Made by a program: the position numbers and the translations under genes | Part shown: positions 9,037-17,979 of the stretch, in pieces | Layout of the letters: each line of letters starts with the position of its first letter | Position numbering within the stretch: position 1 is the stretch's first letter | The notes under the pieces: generated by a model | Database searches by the model: none | Seen by the model: the letters and a program-made list of their open reading frames with translations, nothing else | Told to the model about the DNA's origin: nothing | Assembly (NCBI GenBank): GCA_049968235.1 | Contig: JBMFRC010000001.1 | Span: 357,443 to 421,442 of the forward strand | Origin: Candidatus Hydrogenedens sp. | GTDB taxonomy: Bacteria; Hydrogenedentota; Hydrogenedentia; Hydrogenedentales; Hydrogenedentaceae | Direction: 5' to 3' | DNA: 64,000 bases

Positions 9037-9418
9037 CCATGTGCAGTTTTATTTGTTCTGCGCGGGACTGTATTAGTTCTAATAACTGGCTTAATGAAAA
9101 GTTAAGGTGCTTTGCTATAACCAATAGAGAATCTATATGTTCATATATGACGCGGTATCGTTCTTCATCGGAAAATAATGTTCGTATAGTAGCCACATAA
9201 GTACCGGCTCCAGGACGGGTATAAATCATCCCTTGATTTTCCAGTTCCCGATATGCTTTGGATACTGTATTGGGATTGATTAACAGTTGTTGAGCCAATG
9301 TGCGAACAGGAGGTAATTCATCTCCATTTTTCAAAGAACCTGTAGCAATTAGGTATTTGAACTGCCGAACAATCTGTAGATATATTGGCGTTCCATCTTG
9401 AGTATTAATTCGAATCAT
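9014..9418 (-). CDS. GntR family transcriptional regulator (short YtrA-like subfamily)
   Basis: 134-aa protein with an N-terminal winged HTH (LPPVRTLAQQLLINPNTVSKAYRELENQGMIYTRPGAGTYV). First gene of the operon, divergent from the ATP-grasp gene. Confidence 0.75.
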   Translation of the reverse strand: MIRINTQDGTPIYLQIVRQFKYLIATGSLKNGDELPPVRTLAQQLLINPNTVSKAYRELENQGMIYTRPGAGTYVATIRTLFSDEERYRVIYEHIDSLLVIAKHLNFSLSQLLELIQSRAEQIKLHMDEEKDHE

Positions 9419-9903
9419 AATTTGAATCCTAATGTATTACTGTTCTACTAATATAATACAATTTTTCTCCCGTTTGTCAATACCTTTTTAATATTTTTTC
9501 ATTATTTCATATCTTATTTTTTATCAATTATTTATATATGCTATGTCTCTTAATTCTTACGCAGGAGATTATTGTAAAGAAAAAATTTTTACAGAGTTTT
9601 ATCAATTTTAGGGGATATAAATTATTTGAAAACAGTGATGTCATCTACAATTATTGTTGTCTATATTGCTCGTAAGTTTTGAGAACGGATTTCCTTGCTT
9701 AGATAGTATAAAAGAAGAGAATAATCCTCCCATTTTTTATTTACTTTAATTACAAATCTGATTTTACTTCTCGATTACATGTATAATTTATCCTAAAACC
9801 TCTTCTTCTTTTTATTCAGAGGGCTCAATTAGTGTATCTCTTTATAAATCGTTTATCAATAATAAAAACATAACATACTATACAGAAGGGAAACAGATAA
9901 GGT

Positions 9904-10812
9904 ATGTTACAGATAGAAAAAATAGACATCCAAAAAATAAATGCAATAGCAGATATGTTGGAAACAACGACAAAGATTATAAACAGCGGATTGGATGAAT
10001 CAGCAATAAGTTCTATGTATAATGAATCAACCCCATTATGGGTCCGAACAGTTAACAATCAGTTCTGCGGGATAATTAATGATAGCAATGATATAAAACT
10101 TATTATTTCAACTGCGAAAAGAAAAGCAGAAGAAGGGGCGCCTATACTTGTTCAGCAGGGGATAGAAGGAAAAACCTGTTATCTAATCGGTTATCGTATG
10201 TCATACCATTTTTTTCCTGTAGAAATTTTTGGTGTAGAGTTTATTCCCGGAAATTATCGTATTCCTCGATTGTTATGGTTGCCTGTAGAATTTCCCGGAA
10301 AAGAATTAAAATCCATAACAGAAAAAGCCAAAGAAGTTGCCCGGAATCTTCCCCTTGGATATTATGGTGTGTTATTTGAATTCGTTGTAAATGCACAGGG
10401 TGTATTTTTATCTTTTATTGACCCATTTTTCCAGCCGGATGAAGGAATGTGCCAGATATGTAAGGAAGGAACGGGCATGGATTTAATGCGGATACATCAA
10501 ACTGTTGAAAAACAGGGGATTCCTGATGTGGTTCCTACACGCGAATTAGGATGTGCTATAGCGTGGATTATCCCGCATAGTGGAATTGTGCAAAGTATAA
10601 AGAACATTGAAAAGGTGCAAAGCACGGAGGGAATTAAGCAGGTGTATATACGAGTACATGAGGGAGATTCGCTCACTCATATAACAGATATAGATTCCCG
10701 TAATAAAACAGGATATGTAATTGCTATTGGTCCGGATGCCTTTACCGCACGGAATAGGGCGTTATCTGCAGTTTCGCGAATACAAATCAATACGCGTAAT
10801 CTTTTACCTTGA
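9904..10812 (+). CDS. ATP-grasp fold protein (central/C-terminal ATP-grasp domains only)
   Basis: Motifs GYYGVLFEFVVNAQGVFLSFIDP and ILVQQGIEGKTCY resemble the ATP-grasp B/C domains. There is a stop 3 codons upstream of the ATG, so no N-domain is encoded. Confidence 0.45.
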   Translation: MLQIEKIDIQKINAIADMLETTTKIINSGLDESAISSMYNESTPLWVRTVNNQFCGIINDSNDIKLIISTAKRKAEEGAPILVQQGIEGKTCYLIGYRMSYHFFPVEIFGVEFIPGNYRIPRLLWLPVEFPGKELKSITEKAKEVARNLPLGYYGVLFEFVVNAQGVFLSFIDPFFQPDEGMCQICKEGTGMDLMRIHQTVEKQGIPDVVPTRELGCAIAWIIPHSGIVQSIKNIEKVQSTEGIKQVYIRVHEGDSLTHITDIDSRNKTGYVIAIGPDAFTARNRALSAVSRIQINTRNLLP

Positions 10813-10870
10813 GAGATATTTTAAGTTGGTCCTGTCGGACAAATCAGGCGCGTTTGACGCATCGGATACT

Positions 10871-11896
10871 TTATATTATACTTCCTGTCTTCTTGATAAT
10901 ATTCTCTGCCATACAAAGGAGTTCGACCCATTGAATATTATAATAGCGGGGATTATGGAAATCTGCATGGATACCATTTTGGATTTTAGTGACCATAGTC
11001 TGTATGGCTTCTTCTACGCTGACTTGAGGGCGAAATCCTAAAATCTGCTCGGTCTTCTTCGTGGAAACGCGGTAACTGCGTCCTCGTGTAGAACCATATT
11101 CTACTTCAATTCCGATATCCATTCCATTTTCACGAAATACTTTCCGTACCCAATGGGCTAATTCAAGTATCCGATAATTTTTATAAGATAGATTAAATAT
11201 CTGATTTCCTACAATTTTTAGGTCCGCTTGCAGGCAAGCCACATAAGCACGGGCTATATCGATTACATCAATCAAAGGTCGCCACATCTCTCCTCCACAA
11301 TGAACAGTTAAGAAACCTTTATCAAATGCAGATTTTACAAAGGTATTAACGACAAGGTCATACCGCATACGGGGACTCCATCCATATACAGTTCCCTGTC
11401 GTAACAAGGTTGGATAGAAATCGGGTCCGGATAGTTTTAACAGTTCTTTTTCTGCCTGATATTTGCTTACCGCATACGCAGCACGCGGTTCTACTGGGCT
11501 TTCCTCATCCTGCAAAACATCTTCCGCTAATAGTCCACGGTCATAAATAGAGCAACTGGATGCAAAGATAAACCGCTTTATCCCTCTACGTTTGCAATTT
11601 TCTCCTAAAATAGCCGTGGCTTCCGTGTTTAATTTTTTGTTGGCTTCCGGATTAAATTCTGCCATCGGGTCGTTACTCAATCCTGCCAGATGAATAACTC
11701 CGTCGACATCGTCCAACCATGCAGAATCAAATTGACATAAATCACCCTGAACACATTCAATTCGATTTTTTACTTCTTCCAGCCCTTCATCTCCGAATAG
11801 GAATTTATCAACAACACGGACTGCAAACCCATGATTTAACAATTCGCGAACAGTAACCGCACCAATATAGCCAGAACCACCTGTTACCAGTATCAT
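10871..11896 (-). CDS. NAD-dependent epimerase/dehydratase (extended SDR) family protein
   Basis: N-terminal Rossmann motif ILVTGGSGYIGAVTVRELL; 341 aa. Confidence 0.8.
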   Translation of the reverse strand: MILVTGGSGYIGAVTVRELLNHGFAVRVVDKFLFGDEGLEEVKNRIECVQGDLCQFDSAWLDDVDGVIHLAGLSNDPMAEFNPEANKKLNTEATAILGENCKRRGIKRFIFASSCSIYDRGLLAEDVLQDEESPVEPRAAYAVSKYQAEKELLKLSGPDFYPTLLRQGTVYGWSPRMRYDLVVNTFVKSAFDKGFLTVHCGGEMWRPLIDVIDIARAYVACLQADLKIVGNQIFNLSYKNYRILELAHWVRKVFRENGMDIGIEVEYGSTRGRSYRVSTKKTEQILGFRPQVSVEEAIQTMVTKIQNGIHADFHNPRYYNIQWVELLCMAENIIKKTGSII

Positions 11897-11934
11897 CTTT
11901 TAACTCCTTCTTCTAATATTTATTTTTTCAATCA

Positions 11935-13842
11935 TTATGGCACAAACAGAGTTCGTATTTCTTTTTTTGTTAATCCTGCATAATCTGTAACCACAAATGT
12001 AATTGTATGCGTTCCGGAGGGTAAATCTTCATCTTGTTCCCAACGTAGTGTTCCACGAGGTCCATCATATTCACTCAGTAGCCATTTCTGGTCGCAGAAA
12101 ATTTCTGCCCGTGCTATACCACTTCCTATATCGGAAATAGAAGCAGATATAGGAGGTCGTTTTGTAAGTTGTTTTATGTCTTTATTAATATTAATGGAAA
12201 TATTTGTGATTTGTGGAGGTTCATCATCTCTTATTAATGCGAAAGTGCCCCAATCAGATACAGTGGCAATAACAGAGTCTCCCCTCTTTTGAGAATCTAC
12301 TCTTGTCCATGAAGAACTTGTTTTACGGTATAAATGGATTCGCTCTTGCGGTTGGACATTCTCTCGAATCTGTATTTTCATCTGTACCGCTTCTGCCATA
12401 GGCACATTATACGGTTCTATTTTCCATATATTTGAGGTAATTACCATGCCCTGAGGGACTTTCTGTGCAGAGACAGGGGAGATGGAAAGCCAGAGGATTC
12501 CGTATGGTGTATTGGACGGTATATCTATCTGAAAATCATTCAATACAATGGGATTTATTTTATCTTGTGCCTTAACTGCATATATAGTCTTTTCCCATGG
12601 AGGTATAGATGGATGGGACACTCGAAAAGTATATTTGCCTGATGCAGGAGGTTCCCATGGAAGTTCGTAAATATTATTTGCCCGCTGGATAGGTTTTAGT
12701 AAGATAGACTCCTGTTCTGAGATGCATGTAACCTCAGGTATTTCCTTCGCAGATGTTTGTGCTAATAGAATTTCTAATACAAGGATAGACGGTAAATAGT
12801 GAATAGAAATATCTGTTTTTTCTATCTTCTTGTGTAAATCATTTGCAGGAACATCTGTGATGTATAGAGGAATCTGTGTTTTTTTCCTATCAAAGTCCTC
12901 TACTTCTATCTGGATATGCTCCTCATCTTTTATAGAAATCCAATCTTTTCGAGCCTGCTTGTAATTCTGCGATTGATTTCCCTGCCATTGCCACAATAAC
13001 CAATAAATTGGATTTGAGATGTAAGGATAAAAAGCGACCACAGCATCCCGATAGGTATTGTAATCAATGCGGTCTTGCTGAATAGTCGATAAGATGTTTT
13101 CGCTATTCTTTAATGAAATTCGGTAAGGTCCCAATTTACAATTGCCGGATTCGGGGTCGATGGTTGAAATACCAAATCCTATTGCACCCTGTGCATTAAT
13201 AACGATAGGAAATGTTGTCTTTTCGTTAATAGGTATTTCTAGAGGAAGACAGCGACCATTGATGGTTGCGTGAATACTTCCGGGGATAACAAGTAGAGAT
13301 GTTATTTGAGGTTTATTACGGTCAATCCAGTGAAAACCATATTCCCATGGATTTAGACATGTAATTCCATCTTTTGTGCGAAGTTCAAAGTGTAAGTGTG
13401 GTGCTTTTGTTCCAGACTGACCTGTATATGCGATTATAGTCCCTTTTTTTACAATAAGTTCGTTGTCTTTGAGCATTAGGTCTACGGTGAAGGATTCTTT
13501 CTGATGTTGGACCTTTTGCAGATAAGACTGATATGGTTCTGCAAAAGAAAGTAGGTGTGCATAAATCCCCATAATTCCCGAATGAAATTGAATATATAAC
13601 ACGCGACCATAACCCCAGGGACCGCAACGCATCCTTGTTACATAGCCATCATCTATGGCATAGACCGGTGTACCAACAACAGCATGATAGTCCACGCCCA
13701 TATGAAAACGACCATCTCGATGCTCGCCAAAGGAAGAAGTAGCCATCAAGTCTCCTTTCAAAGGGAGAACAAAAGATTCTTTGGCAGAAAGGGAATTGAT
13801 TATTATAAAAATAAATGCAATAAATGGAGTTATGAACTTCAT
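11935..13842 (-). CDS. M23 family metallopeptidase with signal peptide and C-terminal beta-rich extension
   Basis: HxxxD and HxH motifs (FHMGVDYHAVVGTPVYAIDDGYV ... APHLHFEL). The start ATG overlaps the upstream stop (TAATG). Confidence 0.75.
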   Translation of the reverse strand: MKFITPFIAFIFIIINSLSAKESFVLPLKGDLMATSSFGEHRDGRFHMGVDYHAVVGTPVYAIDDGYVTRMRCGPWGYGRVLYIQFHSGIMGIYAHLLSFAEPYQSYLQKVQHQKESFTVDLMLKDNELIVKKGTIIAYTGQSGTKAPHLHFELRTKDGITCLNPWEYGFHWIDRNKPQITSLLVIPGSIHATINGRCLPLEIPINEKTTFPIVINAQGAIGFGISTIDPESGNCKLGPYRISLKNSENILSTIQQDRIDYNTYRDAVVAFYPYISNPIYWLLWQWQGNQSQNYKQARKDWISIKDEEHIQIEVEDFDRKKTQIPLYITDVPANDLHKKIEKTDISIHYLPSILVLEILLAQTSAKEIPEVTCISEQESILLKPIQRANNIYELPWEPPASGKYTFRVSHPSIPPWEKTIYAVKAQDKINPIVLNDFQIDIPSNTPYGILWLSISPVSAQKVPQGMVITSNIWKIEPYNVPMAEAVQMKIQIRENVQPQERIHLYRKTSSSWTRVDSQKRGDSVIATVSDWGTFALIRDDEPPQITNISININKDIKQLTKRPPISASISDIGSGIARAEIFCDQKWLLSEYDGPRGTLRWEQDEDLPSGTHTITFVVTDYAGLTKKEIRTLFVP

Positions 13843-14993
13843 TACTTCTTATTTTTTTTTGGTGCTGTTGGCTTTGTTGTGGTTTGAGCAGGCACGGATT
13901 TCTTTACTGCTGGGGTTTTATCCTGACGGGATAATTTTTCTAAAATGGGGTCAAAGGCGAGGAATATTTTCACTTTTTCCGAATCATTTAGATAAGGTTT
14001 ACAATATTCAAATATCTTTTCATCCGTTTTTTGTTCAATTAAAATATTTTTAATTTTTTCTTTAACCTGTTCAAAGTTAACCTTCTCTTCTGCTTCGCAT
14101 TCTAACAATTTAAACAAATGCCATCCTAATGAACTTTTTATGACAGGGCTCAGGTCTCCCGGTTTCATGGCAGGTAGAACCTGTGTAAAAAACGGAGGCA
14201 ATGCTTCTGTGGGTATCCATCCCATATCGCCTCCTTTCTGACGGTCCGGTGCTTCGGAAACAGAACGGGCAACCGCGTCAAAACTTTCTCCTGCCTTTAT
14301 TCGTGCTAATGCTTTCTCTACTTCTTTTTGTGTTTCCTGCCATGCTTTTTCATCTGCCGTTTTTGCATTGGGCTTTGGTTGTCGAAATATTTGTTTTAAA
14401 TGCACGCGTGAGGGTTTCATGAAAAGGTCCGGGTTACTTTCATAAAACTTTTTCGCTTCATCATCTGTTACGGTTATCTTATTCTCATTTACAAGGGCTT
14501 GTCTCATCTTTTTTAATATCAGATTTTTACGGGTTCTTTCGCGAAAAGATTCTATTGTCTCTCCTTTGGCTTTTAAGATGTCCTCCATACTGGGAGGGTT
14601 CTTTCCTGCCTTTTTTGTATCCTCCTGAATTTCCTTAATTTGTTCATCCACTGCTTTTTTTACCTCATCCTCAGTTACAGAATATTTTCGTTTTAGAGAT
14701 TCCTGATACAAAATTTCGCGTTGGGCTAAATTGGTAATGCAACGGATGGCAATATGGATACGGTCCTCATCTTTTACATCTTTTTGTCCCGTTCCCGCAA
14801 CATATTCCAATAGTTCCAGATGATACCTCATTAAAAATTCTTCTTTCGATATGGGCGTACCGAGAACCAAAGCCACAGGTCCATCCGGGACAGATTTCTC
14901 TACGATATCCATCCTAGACAGGTCAGGAGCCTGAGCAGGTAAATATGAAATCCAGAGGATAGAGGTAAGCACAAAAAGTAATTTGCGAAACAT
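13842..14993 (-). CDS. SurA/PrsA-like periplasmic chaperone with parvulin-type PPIase domain
   Basis: Signal peptide. Parvulin motif ...DAVARSVSEAPDRQKGGDMGWIP...GWHLFKL. Lys-rich C-terminal tail. Confidence 0.6.
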   Translation of the reverse strand: MFRKLLFVLTSILWISYLPAQAPDLSRMDIVEKSVPDGPVALVLGTPISKEEFLMRYHLELLEYVAGTGQKDVKDEDRIHIAIRCITNLAQREILYQESLKRKYSVTEDEVKKAVDEQIKEIQEDTKKAGKNPPSMEDILKAKGETIESFRERTRKNLILKKMRQALVNENKITVTDDEAKKFYESNPDLFMKPSRVHLKQIFRQPKPNAKTADEKAWQETQKEVEKALARIKAGESFDAVARSVSEAPDRQKGGDMGWIPTEALPPFFTQVLPAMKPGDLSPVIKSSLGWHLFKLLECEAEEKVNFEQVKEKIKNILIEQKTDEKIFEYCKPYLNDSEKVKIFLAFDPILEKLSRQDKTPAVKKSVPAQTTTKPTAPKKNKK

Positions 14994-15020
14994 ATAATTA
15001 TCCTTATTTTAAAATTATGT

Positions 15021-15356
15021 TCAATCCTGTGTTTTATCCACTGGTTTTTCTGTTTCAGGGGTAATTTCAGTTTGTGTTGTTTTTATAATCAATAATCCGT
15101 AGTAAATCAAAATACCTGAGATGCCATAAGTAATAACAAAAATCAATGCACATAAAATAACCATTGTGCCTATAGCAATGTAATATCCACTCAATTGCAT
15201 CATCAAAAATACAAATAGGGCTATGAGAGTGAAAAACAATCCGGCAATAGTTGCAATACGATTTGGCTCCAGATGAACAACAACCTGTTTTTTTGTATCC
15301 AGAAGGGGTCTTACCTCGGGATAATCCAAATTATGAAGGTTATTTATATTCTTCAT
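15021..15356 (-). CDS. hypothetical small membrane protein
   Basis: 111-aa ORF with two long hydrophobic segments. Confidence 0.4.
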   Translation of the reverse strand: MKNINNLHNLDYPEVRPLLDTKKQVVVHLEPNRIATIAGLFFTLIALFVFLMMQLSGYYIAIGTMVILCALIFVITYGISGILIYYGLLIIKTTQTEITPETEKPVDKTQD

Positions 15357-15688
15357 CTTCCGATTTGTACCTTTTTATTCATTCTATATAAATATACAAA
15401 ATTCAGACCCCCATTTACATTTTTAAAATTACCATTAATCAATCACTTAGAGGTAGAAAGTATTAACAAATTGATAGCTAAAACAAATAATTACCAGTAA
15501 AGGCAATTCATAAATTGTCTCAAAAGGGTATAGATGAATACATATATATCAAATGATAACCTTACATATTCGTTCTATGTCTTTTTATCCAATCCACATA
15601 TCCCATTTATATAATCTCTCATTTCTACTTACATAGATAGTATTAATTATCTGATTTAAGGTTAAAAAATATTAATTTTGTAAAGTTT

Positions 15689-16378
15689 TCATTGGGATTT
15701 ATATGATGATAAAAAATCCTGATAGGCTGTAAGGATTTGCTCCTCGTTCATAGGTGCAATAATCATACGGACTGTAGTAGAAGCAGTCTGTCCTGTTTCC
15801 AATGTTTTACCAAACAGTGAGAAATACATGGAGTAATGTGTATTCCCTACTGGTGGAGTTAATATAGCAAAGCAGTTATCTTTGCGTGCCATCTGAACCA
15901 CGGCAAGATTTGTCTCTTTATTGATGCGATAAATAATTGGCTCCTTAAAGGAGGGACGTATTGTCCAATCTACAGGATTAGGTGGAATAGTCCAGCGTCC
16001 ATCACGAATAATCGAAATAGATTGTTCGTCCCTTGGGAAAGCCTGCCAATCTCCCGCATCCACAGGAGTGGGAAGAAACTTATTGCCTTCCTCCGTTTGT
16101 GCATAAACGTAAGATTCTGGAAATTTATCGGTCAGGTAAGAGGAAAGAAATATTTCAAAATCCGGCAAATTTTGTTTTGCTTCAATTGAGATATGAAGGT
16201 CTAATGTGTAAGGATTTATCCATTGATATACAGAGGACAGGACAAAAGGATGTGCTTCGTCTGCTTCCCACTTTACTTTTATTGTTTTCTCATCTACCCA
16301 TTCTGTTGAACTTTGCACACTCCGCATACTTTCTCCGAAGCGTTGGTTGGTTGCAAATACACGGTAAAAATTTAACAA
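15689..16378 (-). CDS. hypothetical protein (TTG start; frame stays open upstream into the 3' end of the C45 gene)
   Basis: 229-aa ORF. The only in-frame start-like codon after the upstream stop is TTG at 16378. No known motif. Confidence 0.4.
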   Translation of the reverse strand: MLNFYRVFATNQRFGESMRSVQSSTEWVDEKTIKVKWEADEAHPFVLSSVYQWINPYTLDLHISIEAKQNLPDFEIFLSSYLTDKFPESYVYAQTEEGNKFLPTPVDAGDWQAFPRDEQSISIIRDGRWTIPPNPVDWTIRPSFKEPIIYRINKETNLAVVQMARKDNCFAILTPPVGNTHYSMYFSLFGKTLETGQTASTTVRMIIAPMNEEQILTAYQDFLSSYKSQ

Positions 16379-16548
16379 GCCCGGTAGTGCAGACGGATTG
16401 GTAGAAATTTCAAGTTCCGGTGAAATAGAGGAGAACGGGACAAATCCGATAGACCTCCCTTCAAAACGGAATGTGCCTTTCAGTGCTCCTGTATCTATAA
16501 GATATTCACCTGGAGTTTTATCTGAAGCAATGAAATATGGTTTTTCTT

Positions 16549-17826
16549 CTATTGATTTTGTTGATGATATTTTTCTTTTCGTGCAGAGTTAAAAAGTTCT
16601 TTCATTTTGTAGTGAACATAGGGCTGTTTTGCCGCATCCTCTTTTCCTTTCGCGTGAGCGACCCATAATTCTAAATCTGTGGGACAATAGAGAACGCTGT
16701 GCAAGTTAACATTGACCATTGCCACTGCTTTGAGGATCTCTAATGCGATATTCTGGTCAATCTTGCCGTAATTCTCTTTTATTCGTGTAGCCATTCCTTT
16801 ATAACGATGGTCATAGGAATTTGAACCATAGGGCATATTTGGTGCATTGGCACAGGTCTGTAAAGAGCGAATGGTTGGATCCATTGCTTCATCGGCACGC
16901 ATAACGGCATTCTCAATGGGAATTGCATATTCGACAGTCTCGCGCGGGTCATTATCTGTAAATATTGCTACATGATGGGCACACGTTTCATAAACCAGGG
17001 CTCGGTTTTCATCTCCATCCGCAATCACATAGTTATAACCCACGGTATGCCGTGCTTCGAGAACAATTTCTGTTACCTGGTCCAAAGTAGATGCTTCTTC
17101 CAATATCTTGCGTAGAAGAAATTCAAGTGGGATACCATCAATGCGTCGGTCTTTATTCGTTGCTCCAATCTGTGCAATGGATACTTTGCGGTTATTCATG
17201 CCGGAGAGAACACCAATTGCACATGCATAACCGACAGAAATAAATGAATTCAATCCTTGTGGTTCATAACAGAAGGTAACCGCTGTATCCTGAATTCCTG
17301 CTTCCATAATCCAATCAAAATTTCTACCATGATACATCTTCCCATCAACAGTAGCTTTACCCCACACGGCAAACGAACTACAACCCCGTTCTGTTATAAC
17401 GGAAACAACATGAATACGACGCAAATCCTGAAGATTTACACCGGCACCATCAGCAATCCCCTCCAGTTCACGAGAATACCGTAATGGAATATGTGGCGAA
17501 CATAATCTCCATGTAACATCCAATATCAACTTTGCTGCAAACTTTGGTAACCCTACTTCTTGCTTCGCCAGTTCTAATAATTCGTCAAATCGTGCAAGAC
17601 TACGGTGAATAACATCTTTCAAGAGAACACCTCGTTGAAAACCCATCTCATACGGGGTCCCTTTCAAGTGAATAACCTTCGTCCCTTCAATTTCCTCCAA
17701 GAAAGCTTTTTGTATATCTACTGCTTCATGGGGACCGCGCGTAGGATAGAGCCAGAAGTAGAATCCAGCACCTAAAACCAGCACAACAAAAAGAATGGGA
17801 AGTATAAAACGAATTTTCTTTTTCAT
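16549..17826 (-). CDS. peptidase C45 / acyl-CoA:6-aminopenicillanic-acid acyltransferase-like Ntn hydrolase, membrane anchored
   Basis: ATG at 17826 with a GGAGAA RBS (the ORF-table start 17853 is a TTG). N-terminal TM helix. Candidate autoprocessing/nucleophile site is ERGCSSFAVWGKATVDGKMYHGRNFDW. Confidence 0.6.
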   Translation of the reverse strand: MKKKIRFILPILFVVLVLGAGFYFWLYPTRGPHEAVDIQKAFLEEIEGTKVIHLKGTPYEMGFQRGVLLKDVIHRSLARFDELLELAKQEVGLPKFAAKLILDVTWRLCSPHIPLRYSRELEGIADGAGVNLQDLRRIHVVSVITERGCSSFAVWGKATVDGKMYHGRNFDWIMEAGIQDTAVTFCYEPQGLNSFISVGYACAIGVLSGMNNRKVSIAQIGATNKDRRIDGIPLEFLLRKILEEASTLDQVTEIVLEARHTVGYNYVIADGDENRALVYETCAHHVAIFTDNDPRETVEYAIPIENAVMRADEAMDPTIRSLQTCANAPNMPYGSNSYDHRYKGMATRIKENYGKIDQNIALEILKAVAMVNVNLHSVLYCPTDLELWVAHAKGKEDAAKQPYVHYKMKELFNSARKEKYHQQNQ

Positions 17827-17979
17827 GGGAAATTCTCCAATAACAATTTTCAAGTGAAATTATGTTTATGTTATTTACATTAAATATTTGAATTCAAAAA
17901 ATATACCAGGATTATTTATTATATCTATATCATCTGACTTTTATTTTCAAAAAAATTTTCATCGGGTTATTATCGTCTA

